Positions 1-8,694 are shown, numbered from the stretch's first letter. The stretch: DNA of 64,000 bases from a virus (IMGVR_UViG_3300014208_000024:64001-128000), one strand, 5' to 3'. Translations and numbers: made by a program. The notes: a model not told the origin generated them from the sequence alone.

Positions 1-375
1 TTGTTCTTTTGAATAAAGGACAAGCATAAGCCACTCAGCTTTTGGTTTTCCAAGTGGTAACTCAAGCCAACGTGAAAGAATTGACAATTCTTTCTCTGTT
101 CTTGCGGAATATCCACTTCTCAAGTATTGGTAATTTTCCAAGGTTATAGGTAACGATCCAACTCTGGCATCAGTAAAGTTTTTAATAGGCCAAAGTTTGC
201 AAAAATCAGCATATCCAGGTAATAGTTTTTCTCCTATTGCCACATTATCATCTTCCCAATCAATAAGTTGTTGAATGTATGTTTCAAACTCTTCTATGGT
301 TTTGTTAAGTATCTTTGTTCCTCCAAATTTTGGATCAAAGTGTCTGGCACCGAATTCTGTTACTTTAATTTTCAT
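1..375 (-). CDS. DUF3228-family protein (runs off window start)
   Basis: Hand translation from ATG at 375: MKIKVTEFGARHFDP...GYADFCKLWPIKNFTDA...ITLENYQYLRSGYSARTEKELSILSRW, resembling DUF3228 motifs; not in ORF track. Confidence 0.65.
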   Translation of the reverse strand, partial: MKIKVTEFGARHFDPKFGGTKILNKTIEEFETYIQQLIDWEDDNVAIGEKLLPGYADFCKLWPIKNFTDARVGSLPITLENYQYLRSGYSARTEKELSILSRWLELPLGKPKAEWLMLVLYSKEQ

Positions 376-421
376 AAATTGTTTTTTTAATCTATACGAA
401 AAAACAACGATTTTGTTACAA

Positions 422-452
422 TAAAAGACCCCGCTTTTTTTGCGGGTCTCTT
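422..452. terminator. bidirectional intrinsic terminator
   Basis: AAAAGACCCCGC-T7-GCGGGTCTCTTTT inverted repeat with A/T tails. Confidence 0.7.
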
Positions 453-770
453 TTATTCTATCACATAAACTAATTCCTTGTTTATTTCAGTTAGATATTG
501 CGGTTCTCTAAATAGATTTGGAGCTGGATACAAAGTAAAATCTGAATAAAAAATTTCCCCAATATCACCTTCGTCATTTTGTACTACTACAAAAAACCCA
601 TCAGATATTCTTCTTGCAGATGTTAATGCTAATAACTTATGATTTTCCCCTTTAATACATTCAAAAAAAATTTCTCCTTTTCTTATGTTTTTTATTTCTA
701 AATAAACATCTGACCAATCTTCTCCCAAGTTAAAGTCTTTTGGTCTTAAAAATTTAATTCCGTTTTCCAT
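453..770 (-). CDS. hypothetical protein
   Basis: 105 aa ORF with TATTTATA box upstream (792-799). Confidence 0.7.
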   Translation of the reverse strand: MENGIKFLRPKDFNLGEDWSDVYLEIKNIRKGEIFFECIKGENHKLLALTSARRISDGFFVVVQNDEGDIGEIFYSDFTLYPAPNLFREPQYLTEINKELVYVIE

Positions 771-861
771 AACTAATAAAGTTTAATTTACTATAAATAG
801 TTACAGATTTAAGAAAACAATAGATTTTTTAAAGAAAAATTTATTAAAAAACCTTTTATAA

Positions 862-1644
862 CTAATTGACTTTCAACATCCTTACTGGTCTATCAACAAT
901 TCTGTGAACATCCCAGTATTTTGGCATATATTTTGGCTTCATATTATTCAAAAAATCCAATCTCCACATCTCCACAAATTTTTGAATATCTTCTACTTTT
1001 GACATTACTTCTTTTCCATGATTACTGTGAAATTCATTGTAATCTTTTTGATTTATTTTGGAAAGTTTTTCTATTTCTACCATAGGGGCGAAATCTTCTT
1101 CATATCCCAATATAGAAGATATTGTTATAAGAAGCTCTTCTCTTCTTTCTTCTGGCATCATTTCGTAGTTCAAAATAAAAGCTTTGGATAATTTTATTGC
1201 TTTAACAAAATCTGAATGAGAATTACAAAGGGGAACACTATATTGTTCTGATATACTTTCTTTTAGTTTTGAGGCATATACATTTTCATATTCATCATGA
1301 CATTCCCTGCAAATACAAACAACATCATGACTTGTTGCAACCTTAAGTTTTTTTGGGAAATGTTTTTTATACAATGCAGGAACTATGTGGTGTTTAGTAA
1401 GCCTTTCTAATTCTTCTGTTCCACATACTACACAAATATTTTTCTTTTGAGTTAAAGCAAATTGGTCATCTCTACTCCCATGCCCAGCAGGTTCAAAGTT
1501 TAATTTTATAACAAAAGGATTGTCAGAAATAATATTTGCAAGATTTTTTGACAAATACCAATTTGATCTTTTTGTGTCACACCAAAACATTTCAAATCCT
1601 TGTGGATGCAAAACTAAACAATTTCCATATATAACTTTTTTCAT
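862..1644 (-). CDS. HNH/Zn-finger protein resembling the C-terminal domain of EXD2
   Basis: KRSNWYLSKNLA, CVVCG..LTKHHIVP, SHDVVCICRECH motifs. Confidence 0.65.
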   Translation of the reverse strand: MKKVIYGNCLVLHPQGFEMFWCDTKRSNWYLSKNLANIISDNPFVIKLNFEPAGHGSRDDQFALTQKKNICVVCGTEELERLTKHHIVPALYKKHFPKKLKVATSHDVVCICRECHDEYENVYASKLKESISEQYSVPLCNSHSDFVKAIKLSKAFILNYEMMPEERREELLITISSILGYEEDFAPMVEIEKLSKINQKDYNEFHSNHGKEVMSKVEDIQKFVEMWRLDFLNNMKPKYMPKYWDVHRIVDRPVRMLKVN

Positions 1645-1747
1645 TTCACATTATAACTTTAATTACAAAATATACGAAAAAAAATAATAAAAGTTTCACT
1701 TTTTAGCTTAATATTTATGACTACATTCAAATAAGCTTTTTTGTTAC

Positions 1748-1755
1748 TATTTATA
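1748..1755 (+). promoter_or_regulatory. TATTTATA box (putative phage late promoter), representative copy
   Basis: Same 8-mer on the coding strand roughly 10-25 nt before starts: 792, 4099, 4890, 4955, 14312, 17236, 26160, 27207, 36609, 38945, 54718, 62621. Confidence 0.65.
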
Positions 1756-1769
1756 TAAAAATAATAAAT

Positions 1770-2615
1770 ATGGGAATTATATTAAAAGAAAAAACAAAAG
1801 AAAATTTTGGATATTATCCACAAGACTTAAAACCAAGCAGTAGTAAAATGGTTGTTTGGAAATGTGAAAATTGTGGCATTGAATTATATAAAAAATTTCA
1901 ATCTGCAAAAAAAATAAAATTATGTTTTAAATGCTCTGCAAAAGTAAATGCAAAAAACAATAAAGAAAAAATAAGCAAAACATTAATTGAGTATTTTAAA
2001 ACACACGAAAGCCACTCTAAAGGTATAAAAATGCCAGATCACGTCAAAGAAGCTCTTAAAAAATCACACGAAGGGAAAACTTTTTCTGAAGAAAGAAAAA
2101 AAGAAATAAGCATAAGAAACACTGGGAAAAACAATCCATTTTATGGTAAAAAACACTCAGAAGAATCTTTGCAAAAAATGAGAGAAAAAAATAAAAAAGA
2201 AGGAAATCCAATGTATGGAAAAAAATACTCTGAGGAAGAGTTAGAAAAAAGAAGAGGTAAAAATAATTTTTTTTATGGGAAAAAACCTTTTCATGGACGA
2301 GGAGAGTGGTATATTTGTAAAGACGGTTCAAAAGTGTGGATGCGAAGTTCTTGGGAAATTAAGTTTGCAAAATATCTTGACGTTAAAAATATTGAATGGT
2401 TATATGAATCAAAAACTTTTCCAATAATATATGATAATAAAGAGGGAACATATACGCCAGATTTTTATCTAATAAAAGAAAATGAGTATATTGAAATTAA
2501 GGGCTGGTGGAGGGATAATTCTTTGCTTAAATTCAATAGTTTTTTGGAAAGTTATCCAAAAATTAAAATAGAAGTATATGAGAAAAACAAGTTAAAAGAA
2601 TTAAAAATATTATAA
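1770..2615 (+). CDS. NUMOD3-repeat homing endonuclease with PD-(D/E)xK domain
   Basis: Repeated NPFYGKKHSEE; C-terminal RSSWE...YTPDF..IEIKG; antisense to neighbours. Confidence 0.75.
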   Translation: MGIILKEKTKENFGYYPQDLKPSSSKMVVWKCENCGIELYKKFQSAKKIKLCFKCSAKVNAKNNKEKISKTLIEYFKTHESHSKGIKMPDHVKEALKKSHEGKTFSEERKKEISIRNTGKNNPFYGKKHSEESLQKMREKNKKEGNPMYGKKYSEEELEKRRGKNNFFYGKKPFHGRGEWYICKDGSKVWMRSSWEIKFAKYLDVKNIEWLYESKTFPIIYDNKEGTYTPDFYLIKENEYIEIKGWWRDNSLLKFNSFLESYPKIKIEVYEKNKLKELKIL

Positions 2616-4085
2616 TTTTTTTTCTTGTGGAAACATACTTCCTTTTCCAAGCGGAACTGCTTGTGCTTGAAAATTACCTACTTGAATTTGATTTGCTTCA
2701 TCAATTGGAGTATCAAAAACTCCTCTTTTTATAATCTTTTTATTAGAATCAAACTCTCTGATTATTCCAGTAATAGAAAATGGTTTGTGTAACGGAATCC
2801 AAGTTTCAATTTCTTTTGAATCTTTAGGAAGATCTTTAAAAGCAACAGTTATATGTTGATAATCATTTTCTGAGAAATAATCTCCAGAAATCCCAAGCGC
2901 TATGGCTTTATCGGAAATTCCTAAAGAATTTATATTTAACACAACCTCTTTGTTTAAATCTTTTTTAAAATTCAACGGCAACTCTCCCAGTGTAATTGTC
3001 ATATGATAATCTAAAGTTCCATCTTTAAATTGCGGTCTTATAAAACTTTCTGGAATTTTTCCTTTTTCTTTTAATAAATTGAATATTTTCTCAATTTTGT
3101 TTTTTTCGCTTTCTTCTTCAACTGAAACTGCAGTAAAAGAAATTGAAGGAAATTCTTGTTTTAAATCAATTTCTTTTAATTCTGTTTTTTTCATTTTATC
3201 GAAAAAATCTCTATGAAATTCATCATATCCTTTATCTGATAATTTCGCTATTGGATTTGCTTTTATTTCCAGAGAAACATTTAGAGGCTTTCCAAGAATT
3301 TTTGCTGCGTAATATCTGTGATGTCCATCCTCAATATAGAACTTTTTTCCATCAAAACTCACATCAATTGGCTCTGACAAATTAACCTTGTTGGCCCATT
3401 CTGTTTTTGACAACCCACTTTTTTCTTGTTGATATATTGCATTACCCAAATCATCTTTCCATTTAATAGACAATTGCCCAGGCATTATTTTTTTTAAATT
3501 ATCTTCTGTAAAACCAAATGCCGCTAAATCAAGAGCTTTTGTAGAAAACCCGCCACTCCTTAATAACTCTTCTGATGTTTTAAATTTATTTGCCTCTTTT
3601 TCAAGCATTTTAAACCCAATCATTTGTGAGGTATCTGCTTTTTTTTTATATATTAATTTATCTATTGCCTCTCTAATAACTTTTCTTACAATATTATATG
3701 ATTCTTGGAACGATCCGTAATTTTCAATAGCTTTTAATATAGTTTTGTTTGAAAACAAATTAATTACAAAATTAATTTTCCTTGTTTCTTTATAAACTCC
3801 TCCTCCTCCTGGAAGTTGTGTATAAGGTTTCCCCTTTGGAAAATCTTCATATTTAACTTTGTTTAAATAATAATCTCCTATGAAAATATAATGTTTTGTT
3901 TTTTCATCCTGTCTATAGTCGTGAGTTTTCAACCATTCTTTTTGTTCTGGATTTAGTTTGTTAATTTTAAACACATCTCCTTTTTCATCAAAACCAACAA
4001 ATCTAGAGTCCTCATATTCATAAGCAACACTGAATATATATAAATTTTTTCCTTCTTTATAAAGAGCAAAACCTTTATTTGCCAT
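2610..4085 (-). CDS. ParB-like domain plus 2H phosphoesterase fusion protein
   Basis: IEDGHHRYYAAK (ParB-N like) and two H-x-T motifs, HMTIT and HITVA. Confidence 0.6.
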   Translation of the reverse strand: MANKGFALYKEGKNLYIFSVAYEYEDSRFVGFDEKGDVFKINKLNPEQKEWLKTHDYRQDEKTKHYIFIGDYYLNKVKYEDFPKGKPYTQLPGGGGVYKETRKINFVINLFSNKTILKAIENYGSFQESYNIVRKVIREAIDKLIYKKKADTSQMIGFKMLEKEANKFKTSEELLRSGGFSTKALDLAAFGFTEDNLKKIMPGQLSIKWKDDLGNAIYQQEKSGLSKTEWANKVNLSEPIDVSFDGKKFYIEDGHHRYYAAKILGKPLNVSLEIKANPIAKLSDKGYDEFHRDFFDKMKKTELKEIDLKQEFPSISFTAVSVEEESEKNKIEKIFNLLKEKGKIPESFIRPQFKDGTLDYHMTITLGELPLNFKKDLNKEVVLNINSLGISDKAIALGISGDYFSENDYQHITVAFKDLPKDSKEIETWIPLHKPFSITGIIREFDSNKKIIKRGVFDTPIDEANQIQVGNFQAQAVPLGKGSMFPQEKKL

Positions 4086-4174
4086 AATTTTAATTTACTA
4101 TAAATATAAAAAAAAAAGGAGATTTTCATCTCCGTTAACATTACATTATATACAATTATAAAATTAATGTATTT

Positions 4175-4450
4175 TTATTTTTTACCTATAGTTTTACTTG
4201 TTTTAAAACTAAAAATTGATCTTAATCCACCAAACACCATTCTAAATGGGACCCAAATTGGTGCTGTAAGTACAATCCATTTTATTATGAAAAATATAAA
4301 ATAGAAAACAGCTGGAATTAAAAGCCAAGCATATATCCATATTTGACTAAACACGTCAATATCATATTGAAATGAATCCCATAATAACTGCAAATAATTG
4401 CTAAAAATTTCCTGTAGTGCCATATTTTTGTTTTTAAATAGTTTGTGCAA
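4175..4450 (-). CDS. small membrane protein
   Basis: Long hydrophobic stretch; TAnnTTTG-type box near start. Confidence 0.6.
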   Translation of the reverse strand: MHKLFKNKNMALQEIFSNYLQLLWDSFQYDIDVFSQIWIYAWLLIPAVFYFIFFIIKWIVLTAPIWVPFRMVFGGLRSIFSFKTSKTIGKK

Positions 4451-4469
4451 ATATATATAAAAAATTCAA

Positions 4470-4778
4470 TTAATCATATTTATCCATGAAAAATTTTAAA
4501 AGAAGATAAGAGGAATAACAAACAAAACTGCTTGCAAACCCATAAATCACATTATATAAATCACTCAATTGAATATTAGAAAACTCCCCTCCATGCCACA
4601 TAAACAGCACTCGAATTACCAATCCAACCCAGAATCCTATACATTGTGGACATTTTAAAAACTTACCAAGATGCGGATTAAACATAGAAGCCTTTTCTCT
4701 AATTGGTTTAAAAACATATGAAATGTTAATAATAAAAGTGGCACCTATACAGGATAATATAAAAAGAAAAAGTTCCAT
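4470..4778 (-). CDS. DUF1360-like membrane protein with CxxC
   Basis: LKCPQCIGFWVG between hydrophobic helices; ATG 4778 preferred over track GTG 4814. Confidence 0.6.
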   Translation of the reverse strand: MELFLFILSCIGATFIINISYVFKPIREKASMFNPHLGKFLKCPQCIGFWVGLVIRVLFMWHGGEFSNIQLSDLYNVIYGFASSFVCYSSYLLLKFFMDKYD

Positions 4779-4788
4779 AGTATAATTT

Positions 4789-4811
4789 AAAAGCTGGAGT
4801 CCCTCCAGCTT
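4789..4811 (-). terminator. intrinsic terminator
   Basis: AAGCTGGAG-GGA-CTCCAGCTT hairpin ending in a short T run. Confidence 0.6.
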
Positions 4812-4814
4812 CAC

Positions 4815-4874
4815 TTACTTACCACCACAACAGTGCGTAATTGGTCTTAAAAAATATTTAACAGTTGCTACCAT
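4815..4874 (-). CDS. 19-aa peptide MVATVKYFLRPITHCCGGK
   Basis: Hand-translated ATG..TAA, 16 nt downstream of a TATTTATA box (4890-4897). Confidence 0.5.
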   Translation of the reverse strand: MVATVKYFLRPITHCCGGK

Positions 4875-4984
4875 ATAAAATTTATTTACTATAAATATAA
4901 TTAAAAATAAAAAGAAAGTAAACATTAAAATTCTTTAATTTTAAAAAAAACAACTATTTATATTAAACAAAAATACTCAATGCT

Positions 4985-5332
4985 ATGAAAAAAGAAGAAT
5001 TAAAAAAAATAATTTTAGAAGAAGCTCTTCATATTAAAAGTCTTGTAGAAGAAAAAGCACAAATAGAAGAAGAATTAAAAAAACTCGAAGAAGAAGATAT
5101 GGACGAAACTACTGGATTAGGTAAATCTGGAGAAAAATTAAAAAAAGAAGAAGGATTAGAAGAAATGCAAAGTGTAGGACTTTCATCTTCACATCAATCT
5201 GGAGCAGGAACTACAAATCCACAATTCCAAAGTAGAGAAAAAAAGGGATATGTTAAAGAGGAACAAACTATAAGAAAATTTGTTAGAAATCAACTATATG
5301 AATCTTATGGAATAAACAAAAACAACTTATAA
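4985..5332 (+). CDS. acidic hypothetical protein, probably late/virion
   Basis: TATTTATA at 4955-4962; LKKIILEE and IRKFVRNQLYES motifs. Confidence 0.7.
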   Translation: MKKEELKKIILEEALHIKSLVEEKAQIEEELKKLEEEDMDETTGLGKSGEKLKKEEGLEEMQSVGLSSSHQSGAGTTNPQFQSREKKGYVKEEQTIRKFVRNQLYESYGINKNNL

Positions 5333-5334
5333 AA

Positions 5335-5362
5335 AAGAAACCCCCAATTACGGGGGTTTTTT
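5335..5362. terminator. bidirectional terminator
   Basis: AAACCCCC-AATTAC-GGGGGTTTTTT between convergent genes. Confidence 0.75.
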
Positions 5363-6057
5363 TATGCCATTAGTTTATCAAAAAGAAATTTCATTCCGAC
5401 AGTAGCTTTTTCAACAATAAAAGTTCTTCCCTCTCCTGGTGCCAACTGAACAAAATTTGGATCAATAACATAAATTTGTTCTCCTTGAAAATATTTAATT
5501 AACCCAGCAGCTGGATAAACCTGAAGTGATGTACCTATTACAATAAGAATATCTGCTTCATCAATTGCTTTTACAGCTGCAACAAATTCTGTATGTGGAA
5601 GTGGGTCTCCAAAAAGAACAGTTCCATGTCTTAGTTGAGAGCCTTTATCACATTTATCTCCAATTTTTAAATCCTGATCTTCTGCCAAATCAGAAAAATA
5701 TTCATTTGTTAAGCTACTTTTTGATTTATCGATACTTCCATGAATATGTAAAACTTTTTTAGAACCCCCTTTTTCATGTAGCGAATCTATATTTTGCGTC
5801 ACAATAATGACATCATATTTTTCTTCTAATTGCGCAATTAATTTATGTGCATCATTTGGTTGGCAATCTTTCATTTGTTTTCTTACTTGATTGTGAAAAT
5901 CCAAAACAGATTCTCTATCCTTTTTCCAACCAGCAACATTAGCAACCAAATCAACATCAAATTTTGTCCACAATCCATCATTTTTATCTCTAAATGTTGG
6001 AATTCCACTTTCTGCGGATATTCCAGCTCCCGTAAAAACTGCAATCTTTTTTTTCAT
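5362..6057 (-). CDS. cobB: NAD-dependent protein deacylase (Sir2/CobB family)
   Basis: FTGAGISAESGIPTFR, VTQNID.LHE, HIHG, IGTSLQVYPAA motifs. Confidence 0.92.
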   Translation of the reverse strand: MKKKIAVFTGAGISAESGIPTFRDKNDGLWTKFDVDLVANVAGWKKDRESVLDFHNQVRKQMKDCQPNDAHKLIAQLEEKYDVIIVTQNIDSLHEKGGSKKVLHIHGSIDKSKSSLTNEYFSDLAEDQDLKIGDKCDKGSQLRHGTVLFGDPLPHTEFVAAVKAIDEADILIVIGTSLQVYPAAGLIKYFQGEQIYVIDPNFVQLAPGEGRTFIVEKATVGMKFLFDKLMA

Positions 6058-6184
6058 ATATTTTTTTTATTTATTATACGTATTAAAAAATAAAAAGTTA
6101 AAAAATTATAATTAAATTGAAAATCAAACAATTATAATGTTGGCATGTTTATTGAAAGATTAATGTAAACTTAAAAATAAAAAT

Positions 6185-6976
6185 ATGAAAACACTATTAT
6201 TTACAATCAGTTTCATCTTGTTTTCTTTAATTTCATTCTCTCAAGATGATATTTATTATTCTCCAAGTCACGACACTGTTACACAGGAAGGAAATACGTA
6301 TATAACCAATAATTATTACTCAGACGAATATGAGTTTGATGATTATTTTTACACAAAAAGACTTTATAGATTTCACAGCAATAGTACATATGGATATTAC
6401 TCCAATTACTATTCTGATTGTTTATTTTTATTTTCTATTGGAGGAGTAGATTTGTATTTGACAAATTATTATTATCCATATTATTACTATAATTATTCCC
6501 CATATTACTACGGATATTATGATCATTCATATTATAACTGGGGACATTCATATTATAACTGGGGACATTCATATAATCACAATAATCATGGATGGAACCA
6601 TAATAATTGGGAAAATCATCATGGAAATGGACATCATAGTTCAAATAATAAACCTACTTATTATGGACATAGAGAAAGTATATCACAAAAAACCACAAAC
6701 AATTCTAGACCATCTTATGTTAAACCGTCTGTTAATTCTAAACCAGAATATAACAAACCAAATACATTTGAATATACAAGGCCACAAAAATATCAAAAAC
6801 CAGTTTTTAATGATTCTAAACCAAATTATTCAAAACCGCAAGTTTATTTTAACAAACCAATAAACACAAAACCAAATAATTATTCGAAACCAAGTAATTA
6901 CTCTAGACCATCTATAAATGTAAGACAGAGTGGGGGAACAATTTCAAAACCATCAAACTCATTTAAGAGAAAATAA
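6185..6976 (+). CDS. secreted low-complexity Tyr/Asn/His/Pro-rich protein
   Basis: Signal-peptide-like N-terminus, tandem HSYYNWG, repeated (N)YSKP. Confidence 0.65.
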   Translation: MKTLLFTISFILFSLISFSQDDIYYSPSHDTVTQEGNTYITNNYYSDEYEFDDYFYTKRLYRFHSNSTYGYYSNYYSDCLFLFSIGGVDLYLTNYYYPYYYYNYSPYYYGYYDHSYYNWGHSYYNWGHSYNHNNHGWNHNNWENHHGNGHHSSNNKPTYYGHRESISQKTTNNSRPSYVKPSVNSKPEYNKPNTFEYTRPQKYQKPVFNDSKPNYSKPQVYFNKPINTKPNNYSKPSNYSRPSINVRQSGGTISKPSNSFKRK

Positions 6977-7001
6977 AAAAAGGGGGGCTTATTCCTCCTT
7001 T
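6977..7001. terminator. bidirectional terminator ending the tRNA cluster
   Basis: AAAAAAGGGGGG-CTTA-TTCCTCCTTTT hairpin. Confidence 0.6.
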
Positions 7002-7076
7002 TGGTACCCCCACCGTGACTCGAACACGAAATTAAAGTTTAGGAAACTTTCGGTATATCCCTTTACCTATGGGGGC
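7002..7076 (-). tRNA. tRNA-Arg(CCT)
   Basis: GCCCCCA/TGGGGGT acceptor, AAAGT-TTCCTAA-ACTTT anticodon arm, TTCGAGT T loop, encoded CCA. Confidence 0.9.
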
Positions 7077-7080
7077 ATGA

Positions 7081-7263
7081 TTATTTAATTAATCCAAGTT
7101 TTAATTTTAACCTGGCCTTACTAAGCTTTTCAACAGTTTTATTATATTCTTCTTCTGAAACATTATCTTTAAAGTTTTTGCTCTTAATACGTTTCTCTAA
7201 AAAAGAAATATAATCATTATGCTGAGCTATTGCTGATTTTTTATTTTCTTGTTTGTTTTTCAT
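7081..7263 (-). CDS. 60-aa basic hypothetical protein inside tRNA cluster
   Basis: MKNKQENKK... start at 7263; the longer track ORF overlaps tRNA-Trp. Confidence 0.65.
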   Translation of the reverse strand: MKNKQENKKSAIAQHNDYISFLEKRIKSKNFKDNVSEEEYNKTVEKLSKARLKLKLGLIK

Positions 7264-7275
7264 ATAATAATTTTG

Positions 7276-7349
7276 CAGGCACGGAGGGACTCGAACCCCC
7301 AAATCTTCGCTTTTGGAGAGCGTTATTCTACCAATTGAACTACGCACCT
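7276..7349 (-). tRNA. tRNA-Trp(CCA)
   Basis: AGGTGCG/CGTGCCT acceptor, ACGCT-CTCCAAA-AGCGA anticodon arm. Confidence 0.9.
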
Positions 7350-7358
7350 GTATGTTTG

Positions 7359-7430
7359 CGCCAGTGAAGCGACTCGAACACTTAAATCACGGGTTTGGAA
7401 TCCGCTTACCTCTCTCTTGTGGGCACTGAC
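7359..7430 (-). tRNA. deviant tRNA-Trp(CCA)
   Basis: GTCAGTG/CACTGGC acceptor, loop TTCCAAA, TTCGAGT T loop; D arm poorly paired. Confidence 0.65.
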
Positions 7431-7441
7431 ATTTATTTTTG

Positions 7442-7515
7442 TATCTCAGGAGGGACTCGAACCCCCAACTTTCAGCTTAGAAGGCTGAATTTCTGGTCCA
7501 TTGAATTACTGAGAC
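7442..7515 (-). tRNA. tRNA-Arg(TCT)
   Basis: GTCTCAG/CTGAGAT acceptor, TCAGC-CTTCTAA-GCTGA anticodon arm. Confidence 0.88.
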
Positions 7516-7521
7516 ATTTTG

Positions 7522-7593
7522 TCTCCCCAGAAGGACTCGAACCTTCACTCGTCAGTTTAGAAAACTGATGCTTATCCATTAAGCTATGGGGAG
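7522..7593 (-). tRNA. tRNA-Arg(TCT), second copy
   Basis: CTCCCCA/TGGGGAG acceptor, TCAGT-TTTCTAA-ACTGA anticodon arm. Confidence 0.88.
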
Positions 7594-7596
7594 AAA

Positions 7597-7684
7597 TGGC
7601 GGAGAATAAGGGATTCGAACCCCTGGCACCTTTCGGTGCACATGCTTTCCAAGCATGCACCTTAAACCACTCGGTCAACTCTCC
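7597..7684 (-). tRNA. tRNA-Ser(GGA)
   Basis: GGAGAGT/ATTCTCC, CATGC-TTGGAAA-GCATG, long variable arm, CCA. Confidence 0.92.
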
Positions 7685-7689
7685 AAAAC

Positions 7690-7765
7690 AGGACTGCATA
7701 TCTCCAACATCATGCTCCTACTGGTAACTATTTCCAGCGACGAGATTTGAACTCGTTTACATCCT
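7690..7765 (-). ncRNA. permuted tRNA-like RNA (YrlA-like Y RNA candidate)
   Basis: Ends pair (AGGA..TCCT); T arm ACGAG-TTCAAAT-CTCGT first, then loop-closed CTGG-AAATAGTTA-CCAG, then a weak D-like arm. Confidence 0.5.
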
Positions 7766-7852
7766 TGGCGGAGAGTGCGAGTACCGACCTCGCTTGGCCT
7801 TAAGCCATCCTAAGTTTAGCAAACTTGACTCTTACCTTTCGAGCAACTCTCC
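7766..7852 (-). tRNA. tRNA-Ser(GCT)
   Basis: GGAGAGT/ACTCTCC, loop TTGCTAA, variable arm, CCA; unusual T loop GTCGGTA. Confidence 0.82.
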
Positions 7853-7933
7853 ATTACGTAAAGAATAAATTGTGAAAACTGTTTTTTGTTTTTATTATTT
7901 CCGCATATTTATTATTATATCATTAAATATTTT

Positions 7934-8587
7934 ATGATTCCTTTATATACTCAAGAAGAATTTATTTTAGCAAAATCATCTGATAAATTACCATTACAGT
8001 GTGAACATTGTGGAAAAACTTTTTACACACAAAAAAGAATAATAAAAGACAAAAGGGGTGTTAAAAAGTTTTGTTCTTTTTCTTGTCTTGGAAAATCTAC
8101 ATTACAAAAAACCACAATTAATTGTAAACTATGTAATAAAGAATTTTTAATAAAAAAGTCACAACTAAAAAAAGGAAAAAATCATTTTTGCAGCATTTCA
8201 TGTAATGCACAATATAACAACTCACACAAAACTCACGGTACTAATCGTTCTAAATTAGAAATATGGATTGAAAAAAAACTTTCTGAATTATACCCAAATC
8301 TAAAAATTTTATACAATGATACCACAGCAATAAATTCTGAGCTAGACATTTATATTCCAAAAATAAAATTGGCATTTGAATTAAATGGAATTTTTCATTT
8401 TGAACCCATTTTTGGAAATGAAAAATTAGAAAAATCGAAAAACAATGACAACAAAAAGTTTCAAAAATGTATAAAAAGCAAAATTTCATTATGTATCATA
8501 GACACATCTACTCAAAAATATTTCAAAGAAAACTCTTCTAAAAAATACCTTGATATAATAACAAACATCATTTCAAAGAACATTTAA
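7934..8587 (+). CDS. Zn-finger-repeat PD-(D/E)xK homing-type endonuclease
   Basis: CxxC..KFCSxSC repeats, ELDIYIP..LAFELNGIFH; start MIPLY at 7934 preferred over track 7886. Confidence 0.7.
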   Translation: MIPLYTQEEFILAKSSDKLPLQCEHCGKTFYTQKRIIKDKRGVKKFCSFSCLGKSTLQKTTINCKLCNKEFLIKKSQLKKGKNHFCSISCNAQYNNSHKTHGTNRSKLEIWIEKKLSELYPNLKILYNDTTAINSELDIYIPKIKLAFELNGIFHFEPIFGNEKLEKSKNNDNKKFQKCIKSKISLCIIDTSTQKYFKENSSKKYLDIITNIISKNI

Positions 8588-8611
8588 TTGTGTGTAACTC
8601 ATACACTCAAG

Positions 8612-8694
8612 AGGAAGGTAAACGAATCGAACGCTCATCCCGAAGGATGGCCCAGGGTTCAAGCCTGGTTACTCACCACTGAGTGCTACCTTCC
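8612..8694 (-). tRNA. deviant tRNA-Ser(TGA)
   Basis: GGAAGGT/ACCTTCC, CCAGG-CTTGAAC-CCTGG, variable arm; U discriminator, no CCA. Confidence 0.75.
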
